Part shown: piece by piece, positions 38,576 through 47,616 of the stretch
Position numbering within the stretch: position 1 is the first letter of the stretch
Layout: the number at the start of each line of letters is the position of its first letter
Origin: Pseudomonadota bacterium
Lineage (GTDB): Bacteria > Pseudomonadota > Alphaproteobacteria > Sphingomonadales > Sphingomonadaceae
DNA: 64,000 bases
NCBI GenBank assembly: GCA_040388515.1
Contig: JAZKBQ010000004.1
Coordinates: 182,382 to 246,381, forward strand
Reading direction: 5' to 3'
Notes under the pieces: generated by a model
What the model was told of the DNA's origin: nothing
Databases searched by the model: none
Seen by the model: the letters and a program-made list of their open reading frames with translations, nothing else
Program-made: the position numbers and the translations under genes

Positions 38576-39376
38576 TCAGTCGAATCGCAGAACGGCCCGT
38601 GATGTGCAACCACAGTACGGCAACTGGCCGGGCAAATCCTCGGGTGCGGTGGCGTCAGTGTAAATCATGCCATTGCGGGCGACATGGTTGGCGCGGGGAT
38701 GCTTCTTCCCCGAGTGCCGCCATTCCCAGCTATCGATGCCAGCCTCGCGGCGGCGTTCCTGATCGAGCGCCGCCGAGATCTTGATCATCTGGTCGCTGGC
38801 GATATTGAGCGCGCGGCGACGGCCCATGTCGACCGATTCCCTGATCTCCTTCGCAACATCCCGCGCCGATCGGCGTTCGGTCAGGCCGCGAAATACGGCG
38901 TCGGAGATCCTGCTACGGATCTGATCGCTCACCGACTTCACCAGCGCGACGTTGCGCTCGATCACGGCGCCCAAGGTTTCGCGGACGTCGCTCGCACCGA
39001 TAATGGTCCGGATGTCGACACCTGTCGCCGACAACACAGCGCCCCGCCATTTGCCGCGGTGCCATAGCTCGGTCAGGATCGCCCAGCGGTTGAGGGCAGG
39101 GCGCAGCGTCAGAAACAGCCGCATGAACTCGCCGTCGGCACCGTCGAGCTCGCGACCAAGGTCTGCCGCCGAATCCGTGACAAGCGCCGAAAGACTCCGC
39201 TCATATTCCGCTATCGCGCGATCAGCGGCGTGCGACCACAGAGTGATCACCGGCGCGTAAGCGGCGTGATACAGCCCCGTCGCCTGCACGCCAGTCGGTT
39301 GGATCGGGCGGAGGGTGATGCGTGACCGCTGCGGATTGCGCTCGCGACGAACGATCTGCGCGAGGTTGAACGACAC
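38576..39376 (-). CDS. Head morphogenesis protein (Mu gpF / SPP1 gp7 family)
   Basis: 266 aa, follows the portal gene. C-terminal WEWRHSGKKHPRANHVARNG...PGQLPYCGC motif of Phage_Mu_F. Confidence 0.8.
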   Translation of the reverse strand: MSFNLAQIVRRERNPQRSRITLRPIQPTGVQATGLYHAAYAPVITLWSHAADRAIAEYERSLSALVTDSAADLGRELDGADGEFMRLFLTLRPALNRWAILTELWHRGKWRGAVLSATGVDIRTIIGASDVRETLGAVIERNVALVKSVSDQIRSRISDAVFRGLTERRSARDVAKEIRESVDMGRRRALNIASDQMIKISAALDQERRREAGIDSWEWRHSGKKHPRANHVARNGMIYTDATAPEDLPGQLPYCGCTSRAVLRFD

Positions 39377-39377
39377 G

Positions 39378-41285
39378 CTACTTCTCGGTCAGGCGGGTCG
39401 CCCAGTCGTCGTCGACTTCTTCGAACATCTCGGGGCCGAAGCGCAGTTCGCCGCGGTATGGCTCAACCTTCGCCAGGTCGACGCCGGCGCCCTTATACGT
39501 GATTGTGACATGCGGCTGATACTCGGGGTAGTCTGAGGTCGCGCCCGCCTCGATCATCGCCTCGCGTCGGTACGCCAGCGCCGAAGAGTTGAACAGGAGC
39601 ACGACCGCGCCCTTATCACCCAGGGGTTCGACGATGCGCGCGCCGCCAGGAACGATGGTCAGGCCGCCCTTGTCATCGCTGTGCCAGTCCTGTCCGACCT
39701 TCATCCAGTCGATCTGGGTGCGTGAGTGGATGATTGTGACGTGCAACTCGTTTGCTGGCGTCGTCGTCTCGAACCCTTGCGACTTCGCCCAGGCGATGAA
39801 GTCCTTCGCGTTCAGCAGATTGCGGCGGACGTACAGCGATCGCGGTGCGGCGTCGGTCGTGCTGACCGGTGCACCCGGCTTACGCGGCGGCTGCGTCGGA
39901 TCCTGTTCGTTGCCGGGCTTCGGTGTGGCCTCGAGGTCGGCTTCATCAGGCTGCAACTCCCCGAAACGCTCATCTTCGGGGATTTCCTCGAGCGCATCTT
40001 CGAGCGCGGGCAGCATGGCCTCGTCGGTCAGCCACGACTGCACGCCCTTCGTCAGCGCGACGTCGGGTACGGTGGCAGTTGCCTGCACCTTGGTTACCGC
40101 GTCCATAAACGTGTTGAAGCGCGTCGCCTTCTCGGCAGGCGTTTCCTGATCGAGCGGCGCGAACTGATACCAGATCGACGGATCCACGCTGCCGAGCGCC
40201 GATCCGAGCAGGTAGGGGTCGATGCGATCGAGGCAGGGCGAGAGGTCGAGCGTCTGCTTTGCGCCGACCATCTTGTTCCAGTCGCGCTGCTGGCTGTTGC
40301 CGCTCGAGTTCATGCCTTCCGGGGCGGTGCCGAACAGGCGCGACTGCGGGATATCGCTGACCGCGCTGGCGAACATGGCGAAGCACATGATGATGTCCTT
40401 CGCGCCGGCGAAATTGTACTGCGCATCGGTGATCTCCTCGCCGATCTGACCATCGCCCTTGTCGTAGACGGTCGCGCTGAAGATGCTCTCGGCCATCTGA
40501 AAGGCGGCCATGCGGCGCTGGAACGACGCTTCGCCGGCGGTGTCGGCCACGGTCGCAAGCAGGTTCGGGATGCCGATGCGCGTGTTGCGCGCCTTCTGGA
40601 TGAGCGCGGCGAACGATTGGCGCGCGGAATCGCAATCCTCGACCGCATCGATGACCTGCGCGACACGGCTCTCCCCCCAGAACGCATTGTCGAGCGTGCT
40701 GAACAGGAGCACGGGCGGAGGATCGCCGCGGAAGGGAATGACGCGGCTGGGGTGGATATCGATCTGGCTGCTCTTGGTCTGGATCTTCCACATGACCGGC
40801 TCGCCGAAGCCCGCCTGGGTGGCATCGTCCTGCAACTCGCTGAACTGCAAGTGCTGGCGGCTGACGACGTTGATGTAGGCGAGCTTGCCCGTGCCCACCT
40901 TCTCCGGGGCAGGCGTGTTCGGCTGGCCGGGCAATCCGAGGATGAGAGCACCGCCACCGCAGCCGCGCATGACCTCGACCTGCCGGATCTTCTGGGGCAA
41001 CTGCAGCCGCTTCTCCTCGGCCTCGATCTTCTCGATCTGAGCGGAGTTCGCTTTCCAAAGCCGCCACTCGCGCACCATGTCCTCGGCGGGGATCTTGATG
41101 ATCTTGCGCATCAGCCCGGACGATGAATAGGCCGCAGCGATCTGCATCGGGTCATACGCCCGCATGGCATAGATGTTCGCCAGCCGCGGATCACGCATCG
41201 TGCCCATGCCGGTGATGGCATTGGTCAGCGAATCCTGGACGAAGCTATCCTTCAGCCGGACATTGGTGAGGCGGCCACCGCTCAC
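39378..41285 (-). CDS. Portal protein (DUF1073-type) fused to a C-terminal 2H-phosphoesterase-like domain
   Basis: 635 aa. The N-terminal ~435 aa are portal-like, followed by an acidic/Pro-rich linker. The C-terminal ~145 aa carry two HVTI tetrapeptides 77 residues apart. Confidence 0.75.
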   Translation of the reverse strand: MSGGRLTNVRLKDSFVQDSLTNAITGMGTMRDPRLANIYAMRAYDPMQIAAAYSSSGLMRKIIKIPAEDMVREWRLWKANSAQIEKIEAEEKRLQLPQKIRQVEVMRGCGGGALILGLPGQPNTPAPEKVGTGKLAYINVVSRQHLQFSELQDDATQAGFGEPVMWKIQTKSSQIDIHPSRVIPFRGDPPPVLLFSTLDNAFWGESRVAQVIDAVEDCDSARQSFAALIQKARNTRIGIPNLLATVADTAGEASFQRRMAAFQMAESIFSATVYDKGDGQIGEEITDAQYNFAGAKDIIMCFAMFASAVSDIPQSRLFGTAPEGMNSSGNSQQRDWNKMVGAKQTLDLSPCLDRIDPYLLGSALGSVDPSIWYQFAPLDQETPAEKATRFNTFMDAVTKVQATATVPDVALTKGVQSWLTDEAMLPALEDALEEIPEDERFGELQPDEADLEATPKPGNEQDPTQPPRKPGAPVSTTDAAPRSLYVRRNLLNAKDFIAWAKSQGFETTTPANELHVTIIHSRTQIDWMKVGQDWHSDDKGGLTIVPGGARIVEPLGDKGAVVLLFNSSALAYRREAMIEAGATSDYPEYQPHVTITYKGAGVDLAKVEPYRGELRFGPEMFEEVDDDWATRLTEK

Positions 41286-41287
41286 AG

Positions 41288-41512
41288 TCAGCGCTTCTCC
41301 GCCGCTGCCAGCTTTGCATCCAGCTCAGCGTTTGCGGCCAGCGCGGCCTCGTGGATCCGGTCGAGTTCGGCGACGTCGGCATCGCTCAGCGTGTGCTTGG
41401 CCTTCGCCGCTGCGTCCTTGATCGTCTGGATGCCGCCGACGATGTCAGCGACGACGCCCGGCAGGTTCAGCCGGGCGGCGATGTCGAGAAGCTTGAGTAC
41501 CTGGTCCATCAC
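41288..41512 (-). CDS. Hypothetical protein
   Basis: 74-aa helical ORF between the lysis cassette and the portal gene. Confidence 0.45.
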   Translation of the reverse strand: MMDQVLKLLDIAARLNLPGVVADIVGGIQTIKDAAAKAKHTLSDADVAELDRIHEAALAANAELDAKLAAAEKR

Positions 41513-41868
41513 TTGGCTCCTGTGATCGCGTTGAGGCTGTCGCTGATGTCGAACAGCCGTGCGGCAGCGCGCGCCTTCTCAGCCGCGTCGCTCGTGGCCT
41601 TCCCGCGGATCAGCAGGTCGCGTGCCTCGGCATTCCAGCCGCGCACTCGCGTCGCCGTGGCACCCGTGATCAATCCGCGGTCGGCCGCGACGCCGGAGAG
41701 TTTGGCGGCGGCGGTGTAAACGACTTCAGCAGCGCCGAATGCCCGCTGGCCGCTCAACACGACGTGATCGGCGGTGGCCACCACGCTGCCGGCCGACAGG
41801 GGCGCAAGCGATGCGCCGCAGCCCGACAGGGCAAGGGCGGCAGCGACCATAAATCCAAGACACTTCAT
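41509..41868 (-). CDS. Lipoprotein (o-spanin candidate)
   Basis: Trimmed to MKCLGFMVAAALALSGC (lipobox LSGC). ATGA overlap with the upstream TM protein gene. Confidence 0.55.
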   Translation of the reverse strand: MKCLGFMVAAALALSGCGASLAPLSAGSVVATADHVVLSGQRAFGAAEVVYTAAAKLSGVAADRGLITGATATRVRGWNAEARDLLIRGKATSDAAEKARAAARLFDISDSLNAITGAK

Positions 41869-42185
41869 GACTTTGCCTCCACAGGTTTGCCGCCGACCTC
41901 GGCCAGATTGACGTCGGAAGTTCCGTCCTTGCCGCCTGGCGGGGTCGCATTGATCGCGGTCGAGATCGCGTCCAACGCGGCGCCAGTGTTGTTGGCACGC
42001 TGCTCGTCGACCTTGTCGGTCCGGAACACGCCTTGGACGGCGACCGCGAGGCTCGTGCCGAGCGCGCCGATTCCGCCATCGACGATGCGCTGGGCGGTCT
42101 CGTTGATGTTGGCGAACATCGCGAGGCCCAGCAGCACCATGAAACCGATCGCCAGGACCGACGCGAGGATGATACGGCCGTTCAC
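41865..42185 (-). CDS. N-terminally anchored membrane protein (i-spanin candidate)
   Basis: 106 aa with a single N-terminal TM helix (IILASVLAIGFMVLLGLAMF). Follows the endolysin gene. Confidence 0.5.
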   Translation of the reverse strand: MNGRIILASVLAIGFMVLLGLAMFANINETAQRIVDGGIGALGTSLAVAVQGVFRTDKVDEQRANNTGAALDAISTAINATPPGGKDGTSDVNLAEVGGKPVEAKS

Positions 42186-42727
42186 AGCGACACCCGATTG
42201 CGCAGCCAGCCGAACACGAAGTCCTCATTGGCGACGCGGCCTCGCGCCAGCTGCTTGTAGCGGGCGCCCTGGTCGGCGTTCAGCCCCAGCAGCATCACGC
42301 GATCGGCTTCGGCTGCGCCACGCTTCGCACGCAGGGCGCGGAAGGCGTTCAGTGTTCCGAGCCCGATATCGCCGTCTTCCTTGATGTCGGCATAGTCGCG
42401 GCCCTGCTGGTTGAGGGCGTTCAGCCACTCCTGAAACCAGCGCGCCGGAACGTCGGGGCCCATGTTCACGCCCGTGTCGAACAACTCCTCGCCGACCGCG
42501 GGGCTGATCGCGGCCACAGCAGCAAAGCCGGGCTTGATGGCGAACTCCTGCCGATAGATCGCGACAGCCTTTTCGCGAGGCAGCTCGCGCATATCGCCCG
42601 CGTAACCGTTGCGTCGCGCGACCGCCTGCGTGACGCCCCAACGCGTCGGACCGCCGCGATCCGAAGGATGGTCGGAATAGCCGCCCTCCTTGCCGATTGT
42701 TGCCTCGATCATGCTGTCGATGCTCAT
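42182..42727 (-). CDS. Endolysin, glycoside hydrolase family 108 with PG_binding_3 domain
   Basis: Trimmed to MSIDSMIEATIGKEGGYSDHPSDRGGPTRWGVT, the GH108 signature. ATGA overlap with the upstream gene. Confidence 0.85.
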   Translation of the reverse strand: MSIDSMIEATIGKEGGYSDHPSDRGGPTRWGVTQAVARRNGYAGDMRELPREKAVAIYRQEFAIKPGFAAVAAISPAVGEELFDTGVNMGPDVPARWFQEWLNALNQQGRDYADIKEDGDIGLGTLNAFRALRAKRGAAEADRVMLLGLNADQGARYKQLARGRVANEDFVFGWLRNRVSL

Positions 42728-42999
42728 AGCTTGTCCCTCAGCCGCTCGATCTGATGCGCGACCTCGCTCAGGGCGCCTGTATTGGCGCGCAGGTCCTCGC
42801 TGTTCGTGCGCAGCCGTTCGGACAGCGTCGTCATGGATACGTTTTCCATCAGCACGCCCCCGACAAATGCCGTTGGTTCGACGGGCTTTTCTTTCCGCAG
42901 CGTCTTGATGCCTTGCCATACGCCAGCGACCGCAAGGCCGATGGTGGTGAGGACAATTCCGATCCCGGTGGCGATCGATTGAACATCAGCCGACCCCAC
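42724..42999 (-). CDS. Single-TM protein with C-terminal coiled coil (holin/antiholin candidate)
   Basis: GTG 42999. TM helix IATGIGIVLTTIGLAVAGVW. Immediately upstream of the endolysin gene. Confidence 0.45.
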   Translation of the reverse strand: MGSADVQSIATGIGIVLTTIGLAVAGVWQGIKTLRKEKPVEPTAFVGGVLMENVSMTTLSERLRTNSEDLRANTGALSEVAHQIERLRDKL

Positions 43000-43477
43000 G
43001 ACCGGCACCGTACACGTTGGCCAAAAGCTGCCGGCGGCTACGCTCGGCAAACGTAATATCCATCCCCGCTCGGTAAGCCGACGCCAGGTCGGCGATGACC
43101 AGCCAGCCGTAAACTGCGAGCCCAGTGTTGGGGATGCCCACACGCAAAAGGCCGAGTGTGATTTCGGCAAAGAGGAAAGCGCTCGCGACGCTGCAAGCAG
43201 CGCGGATGACGGGCGTGCGCGTGTAGGCGCCGTTCACGAACAGGGCGAAGGCGCGAACCATGCCGCAGACGAGCGCACCGCCACCCCAAATCGCGGCAGG
43301 CGGGTAGCCGGTTTTATCGCTGAGGCTTGTTAAGCCGGCCAGGACTGTCGCTGTTGCTGCCTGCGTGAACACTTCGGGATGCAACAGGATGTAGCCGCCC
43401 CACGTCACCGCGACTGCCGACATGTACCACTCAGGGAAACGTGCCGGAAAATGCTTCTTGAGGGATTGAATGAGCAT
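42986..43477 (-). CDS. Polytopic membrane protein (about 4 TM; holin-like)
   Basis: 163-aa hydrophobic ORF in the lysis cassette. Confidence 0.5.
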   Translation of the reverse strand: MLIQSLKKHFPARFPEWYMSAVAVTWGGYILLHPEVFTQAATATVLAGLTSLSDKTGYPPAAIWGGGALVCGMVRAFALFVNGAYTRTPVIRAACSVASAFLFAEITLGLLRVGIPNTGLAVYGWLVIADLASAYRAGMDITFAERSRRQLLANVYGAGRGVG

Positions 43478-43489
43478 CAGCCCTGCCGG

Positions 43490-43642
43490 TTATTTGCAGG
43501 GCTGACCATCTCGGCGCGGGCACTCATCGTCCGCGTTCGGATGGTTCGCGGCGTTGTCGGGCACGGTGTTTGACCATGAAGCCGGTGGCTTCTGACCACA
43601 TGCGGTCAATGCGAGCAGCGCGACCAGGATCAATGGCTTCAT
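43490..43642 (-). CDS. 50-aa lipoprotein
   Basis: Below the track cutoff. My translation is MKPLILVALLALTACGQKPPASWSNTVPDNAANHPNADDECPRRDGQPCK (lipobox LTAC, GGAGAC RBS). Confidence 0.5.
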   Translation of the reverse strand: MKPLILVALLALTACGQKPPASWSNTVPDNAANHPNADDECPRRDGQPCK

Positions 43643-43705
43643 GGTGATGTCTCCGCAGTCGGCCGAAAGAATGGCGAGCGGAATGGCAGCGGGGCAGGGG
43701 CGCCG

Positions 43706-43718
43706 TTAGCGCCGTCAG
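43706..43718 (-). promoter_or_regulatory. Late-region 13-nt motif copy 2
   Basis: Exact CTGACGGCGCTAA, 4 nt after the TGA of the 43723 gene and 76 nt before the ATG at 43642. Confidence 0.7.
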
Positions 43719-43722
43719 AAAA

Positions 43723-44790
43723 TCAGTTCTGCTTCACGATGTAGATATCGGAGCCTTCGCGCAGGATCGTGCCCTGCGCGTTCGTCGCATTCTGCCCCCA
43801 TTCGAGCGTCAGGAAGCCCGGTACTGCACCCATCTTGAGCGTGCCGTCGAGGTTCGTGCGGAACTTGCCGACGGCCAGTGTCAGCACCTGGATAGAGGCT
43901 AGGCCGAAGATCGCGACGGTCGGTGCCGAACTGAGGGGACCGACCTCGAGCTCGGGCAATCCGGACACCGTGGCGAGCGCGGCGCCCTGTGCGTCCAGCA
44001 CGCGCAGCTGGTACCGGAAACCGGCCAACGCATTCTGGCTCTGGTACCGCAGATACATCGCGATGTGATATATCCCGCCAGCCTCGACAGGCACGACGAG
44101 GTCGGGATCCGCAACGAGCGCGTTTGAAACGCGGGTCGTGTCGGCCAGCTTGGGAATGCGGCGCTGACGCTTGAGCGGGATCGTCGGAGCGCTGCCGACG
44201 CCCGGCCATCCCGTGGAAGGATCGACAGCCTGAACACCGGCGGAATTGATCGCGGCATCGATGGCGGCCAACTTGGTGTTCGCGTTCGCCTTGCAGGCTT
44301 CGATGAAGGCGACGACCGTCTTCTGCGTCACAGCGACTTCGTCGGCGGTGTGCGCCGCGTATGATCCGGCCTGCATCATCACGTTGTATGCGGCCGGCGC
44401 GGCGACGGTGTTGACGGCGTTGATCATGTTCGTCGCCTGGCCGTCGAGCTGGTTCCGGTTGAACTCGTCGGTCGCGACCACACCCTTCGAACCCATGACG
44501 CCCGCAGCCATGGCGGTAGCGAGTGCCGAGTTCACCAGCGCCTTCCGCGCGGCCTTCTCATCGGCAAGGCTCGTCGCGGTGACGTAGCTCGATCCGTTCC
44601 AGCTGTGGGATGCGAGATAGGCGGCGGTGTAATACTTGAAGCCGCGCGTTGACGCATCCCAATAGGCGAGCGTCGGATATCCGAGCACAGCGGTAATTGC
44701 GGTCCGACCAGCCACCTCGGCGGGTTTTTCAGCAACGGGGGTCGGTGAGACGAGCGCGCCAGTCGCATTGATGTACGTAAGCCAGCCCAT
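43723..44790 (-). CDS. Tail-associated protein (fibre/accessory), function unknown
   Basis: 355 aa, directly after the host-specificity gene. Confidence 0.5.
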   Translation of the reverse strand: MGWLTYINATGALVSPTPVAEKPAEVAGRTAITAVLGYPTLAYWDASTRGFKYYTAAYLASHSWNGSSYVTATSLADEKAARKALVNSALATAMAAGVMGSKGVVATDEFNRNQLDGQATNMINAVNTVAAPAAYNVMMQAGSYAAHTADEVAVTQKTVVAFIEACKANANTKLAAIDAAINSAGVQAVDPSTGWPGVGSAPTIPLKRQRRIPKLADTTRVSNALVADPDLVVPVEAGGIYHIAMYLRYQSQNALAGFRYQLRVLDAQGAALATVSGLPELEVGPLSSAPTVAIFGLASIQVLTLAVGKFRTNLDGTLKMGAVPGFLTLEWGQNATNAQGTILREGSDIYIVKQN

Positions 44791-47198
44791 CAGCTGAGCC
44801 TGACGAAATAGGACTTGTCGGGCTTGAACGTGCCCGATCCGCCGACCTCTGCGACCTGCACGTCGTACGTCTGGGTGACGCCCGACGAGTTCGTGAAGCT
44901 GCCGGTCACGGTCTGCTGCGTCGGATCGGGCGGGCTGTAGCCATCGCCAAGCGAGGTGCCGCCGGTCATAGCCGACCAGGAGCCCGACATCGCTAGGCCG
45001 AACTGCAGTTCGATCTGGAAGGTCAGGCCGGGGGTAGCCGTTGGATCATAGCGGCCGCGCGCAGTGAAACTCGCGGTCTGACCCGCAGCCAGCGTGACCT
45101 GTCCAACGACACCATAGGTATACGTCCCCAGCGAAGCACCGTCGGCGCCGTCCTTGGTCTTTCCGACGCTCTTCATGCCGACGATCCCGTCGCCGGTTGC
45201 GATCGCGACGACGCCGGTCGCACCTGCGTTCACGGCGATCGCCGCAATGAAGTTTGCGGTCGACATCGTGACGCTCGAGCCAGTGGTCGCTGAGAGATAG
45301 GTGGCGGGCGTCAGCGTGTTCCCGAGGTTGTCCTTGAGGGTCCAGGCAATCGCCCCGCTGATGTTTTGTGCGTTGGCCGTGAACACGATGTCCTGCGATG
45401 CCGGCGCGGCCGCGTTAGCACCGTTGAAGGTTACCTGCTCGCGGTTCGCGTTGACCACGATCGTCTTCGCATCATCGCCGCTATCGCCTACCTTCGCGCG
45501 AAGTTGCCAGTTGGTGTTGGAGGTGGTCGGCAGGGCTGGCGGGCCATTCAGGCCGTTCGATAGATGGTTCGTGCGCGATCCCCAAGTTGAGCCATCCTTC
45601 TGCACCTCATCGCCGATGACGTAGTTCACGGCGCTCGCCCAATCGCCGCGGTCGACGTTGCGGGTCTTGTCGTCGATCGAGACGATGATCGGATTGAGGC
45701 CCTGGTCGTATGTCGTCGGCGCCGCCGCTACCACAGCAGGGCTTTCCTCGGCATCCCACAGATAGATATCTGAGTGTTCGACGCGCAGGAGCAGCGGTAC
45801 GCGGCCATCGGTCCCGTTGTCGGCCTCGATAACGCGGAAGAGCTTGTTGACCCAACCAAGCGGCGGGAAGGTGAACGTGATCACGTCGTTCTTCTGCACA
45901 CGCCAGCCGGTGATCTGGAACGTGACGGGGATCGTGCCACCGTATTGCTGGCGCTGTAGCCGCGTCTTTGCGAGGCGCTGACACTGCGAAGGGCTTTCGA
46001 CAAACGGAAGCGGGAACGTGTCGGCGCGTTCGATGCCGTCGATCGAAGCCAACTCGACCTGCGGATAGTCAGGCTGCTGATAGAGGCTGTTTGCGCTTGC
46101 GTCGGTGTACGTGCCGCGCACGACATTGAACCGTTGATCGAGGTCGACAGTCGGGTTGAACTCTCCGATCTCAAGGACGTCGTCGGCGGTGAAGGCGGCC
46201 ACCGGCGTCGCAAGGTCATTGTGGATGACCGTGGGGCCTAGGCCGCCGCCGAAGTCGTCGAACTCGGCGTTCATGCACTTCTTGATCTCGTCGATCACCG
46301 TGCGGCGCGCGATGCCTTCGGACCAGATGCCGTCGCAGCGATACCGTGGCTCGGTACCGCCAACGGCCTTCGTCACCGGCTCGTCGCACATGTTGGCAGC
46401 CGTGATGAACTTCGAGAGCAGCAGCCGACTGAGGGGGATGCCGCAGCCGACCGCCAGGATGCCGTTGATCCGCCAGCCGATGCAATAATTCAGGAGCGCG
46501 AGCGCGGGATTGCGGCAGGCGTCATCGCTCCATTCCCACGTAGTCTGGTCGTTGATGCGCTGCGGTCCGGACCCGCCGGCAACGGTGCTGTCGCGACGCG
46601 GGTCGTAGAAATAGGCGCCGTCTCCGATAATCGTCACGCGCGTCGGAATCGATTGCGCGAACGGGCTATCAGTGTTGCTGCTGTTCCCCGTCAGCTTGTA
46701 TTTGAAGTGGACGTAAGCGCAGCCGGTGAACCGCCGTGAAGCACCGAGACGTGGACTGATATTGATCGCGTTGCCGGCGCTGCCCTCGAGGATCGGCGTC
46801 ACGTCGAGGTATCCGACGTATTTGCCCTGTACCCCGCCCGCGAGCGTCCATGCCTGCACGTCGTCGAACCAAATCTCGCGGATGGCGTGCACCTTGTGCG
46901 AGGCGGCGACAATGAAGCGGTGGAAATACGCCTGGTCGGCCGAATATTCCTGATCGCGAATGTCGGTGGCCATCGCCGTCGTACCGACCACCGTCTTTCG
47001 CGGCGTTCGCGGGTCGATGCTGGCATTCAGTCGCTCGATCGTCTCGAGATTGATCTTGGTTTGGGTAGCCGGCGCACTCTTTGCGGATAGCAGCGACGCG
47101 CCAACGCTGGCCGCCGCCACAGCGATCGTGGACACGAGCACGCTCGCGCCGAGAACCTTGGCGCCCACGGCTACGACGAGAGGGATCACCTGAGGCAT
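44790..47198 (-). CDS. Host-specificity / central tail fibre protein (lambda J, GTA g15-like)
   Basis: 802 aa, follows the NlpC/P60 gene. Size and position match J-like proteins. Confidence 0.7.
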   Translation of the reverse strand: MPQVIPLVVAVGAKVLGASVLVSTIAVAAASVGASLLSAKSAPATQTKINLETIERLNASIDPRTPRKTVVGTTAMATDIRDQEYSADQAYFHRFIVAASHKVHAIREIWFDDVQAWTLAGGVQGKYVGYLDVTPILEGSAGNAINISPRLGASRRFTGCAYVHFKYKLTGNSSNTDSPFAQSIPTRVTIIGDGAYFYDPRRDSTVAGGSGPQRINDQTTWEWSDDACRNPALALLNYCIGWRINGILAVGCGIPLSRLLLSKFITAANMCDEPVTKAVGGTEPRYRCDGIWSEGIARRTVIDEIKKCMNAEFDDFGGGLGPTVIHNDLATPVAAFTADDVLEIGEFNPTVDLDQRFNVVRGTYTDASANSLYQQPDYPQVELASIDGIERADTFPLPFVESPSQCQRLAKTRLQRQQYGGTIPVTFQITGWRVQKNDVITFTFPPLGWVNKLFRVIEADNGTDGRVPLLLRVEHSDIYLWDAEESPAVVAAAPTTYDQGLNPIIVSIDDKTRNVDRGDWASAVNYVIGDEVQKDGSTWGSRTNHLSNGLNGPPALPTTSNTNWQLRAKVGDSGDDAKTIVVNANREQVTFNGANAAAPASQDIVFTANAQNISGAIAWTLKDNLGNTLTPATYLSATTGSSVTMSTANFIAAIAVNAGATGVVAIATGDGIVGMKSVGKTKDGADGASLGTYTYGVVGQVTLAAGQTASFTARGRYDPTATPGLTFQIELQFGLAMSGSWSAMTGGTSLGDGYSPPDPTQQTVTGSFTNSSGVTQTYDVQVAEVGGSGTFKPDKSYFVRLS

Positions 47199-47199
47199 G

Positions 47200-47616
47200 T
47201 CAGCCGACTCCCCAGCCGCGTTCCCACATGGCCATAGGTCGACGCACGAGGCCCGCCTCGCCGATCAGCAGCGCGTCAGCGCCAACGACGACACCGACAG
47301 CGCCGTCACGGTCTTTACCGACCATCACGAGATCGCCGCGTCGCAAGTTGCCGATCGGGCGGCGCGGCAGGAACATGTCGAACGTGCGCGTGATCGTGCC
47401 GCCGCCGAAATCGCGCAGCGCTTTCGCGGCTCCCGCTGCATCGCTGTACTTGCCTCGAAACTTCGTGCCGTGGTCGACGCCGGTCTCGGCCGCTACGACG
47501 TCCGCACCCCAGAGCGCGCAGTCGTGCACGCCCCAGTCGAGCGGCGTCGTCCAACGCGCGGCGATGAGCGCGTTGAGCGGCGTTTCCCAGTCGGAAAGGC
47601 GGACAAGCGGCTGCAT
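47200..47616 (-). CDS. Tail-associated NlpC/P60-type cell-wall peptidase (lambda K / GTA g14 position)
   Basis: 138 aa. WGVHDCALWGADVV contains the catalytic-Cys context. Confidence 0.65.
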   Translation of the reverse strand: MQPLVRLSDWETPLNALIAARWTTPLDWGVHDCALWGADVVAAETGVDHGTKFRGKYSDAAGAAKALRDFGGGTITRTFDMFLPRRPIGNLRRGDLVMVGKDRDGAVGVVVGADALLIGEAGLVRRPMAMWERGWGVG

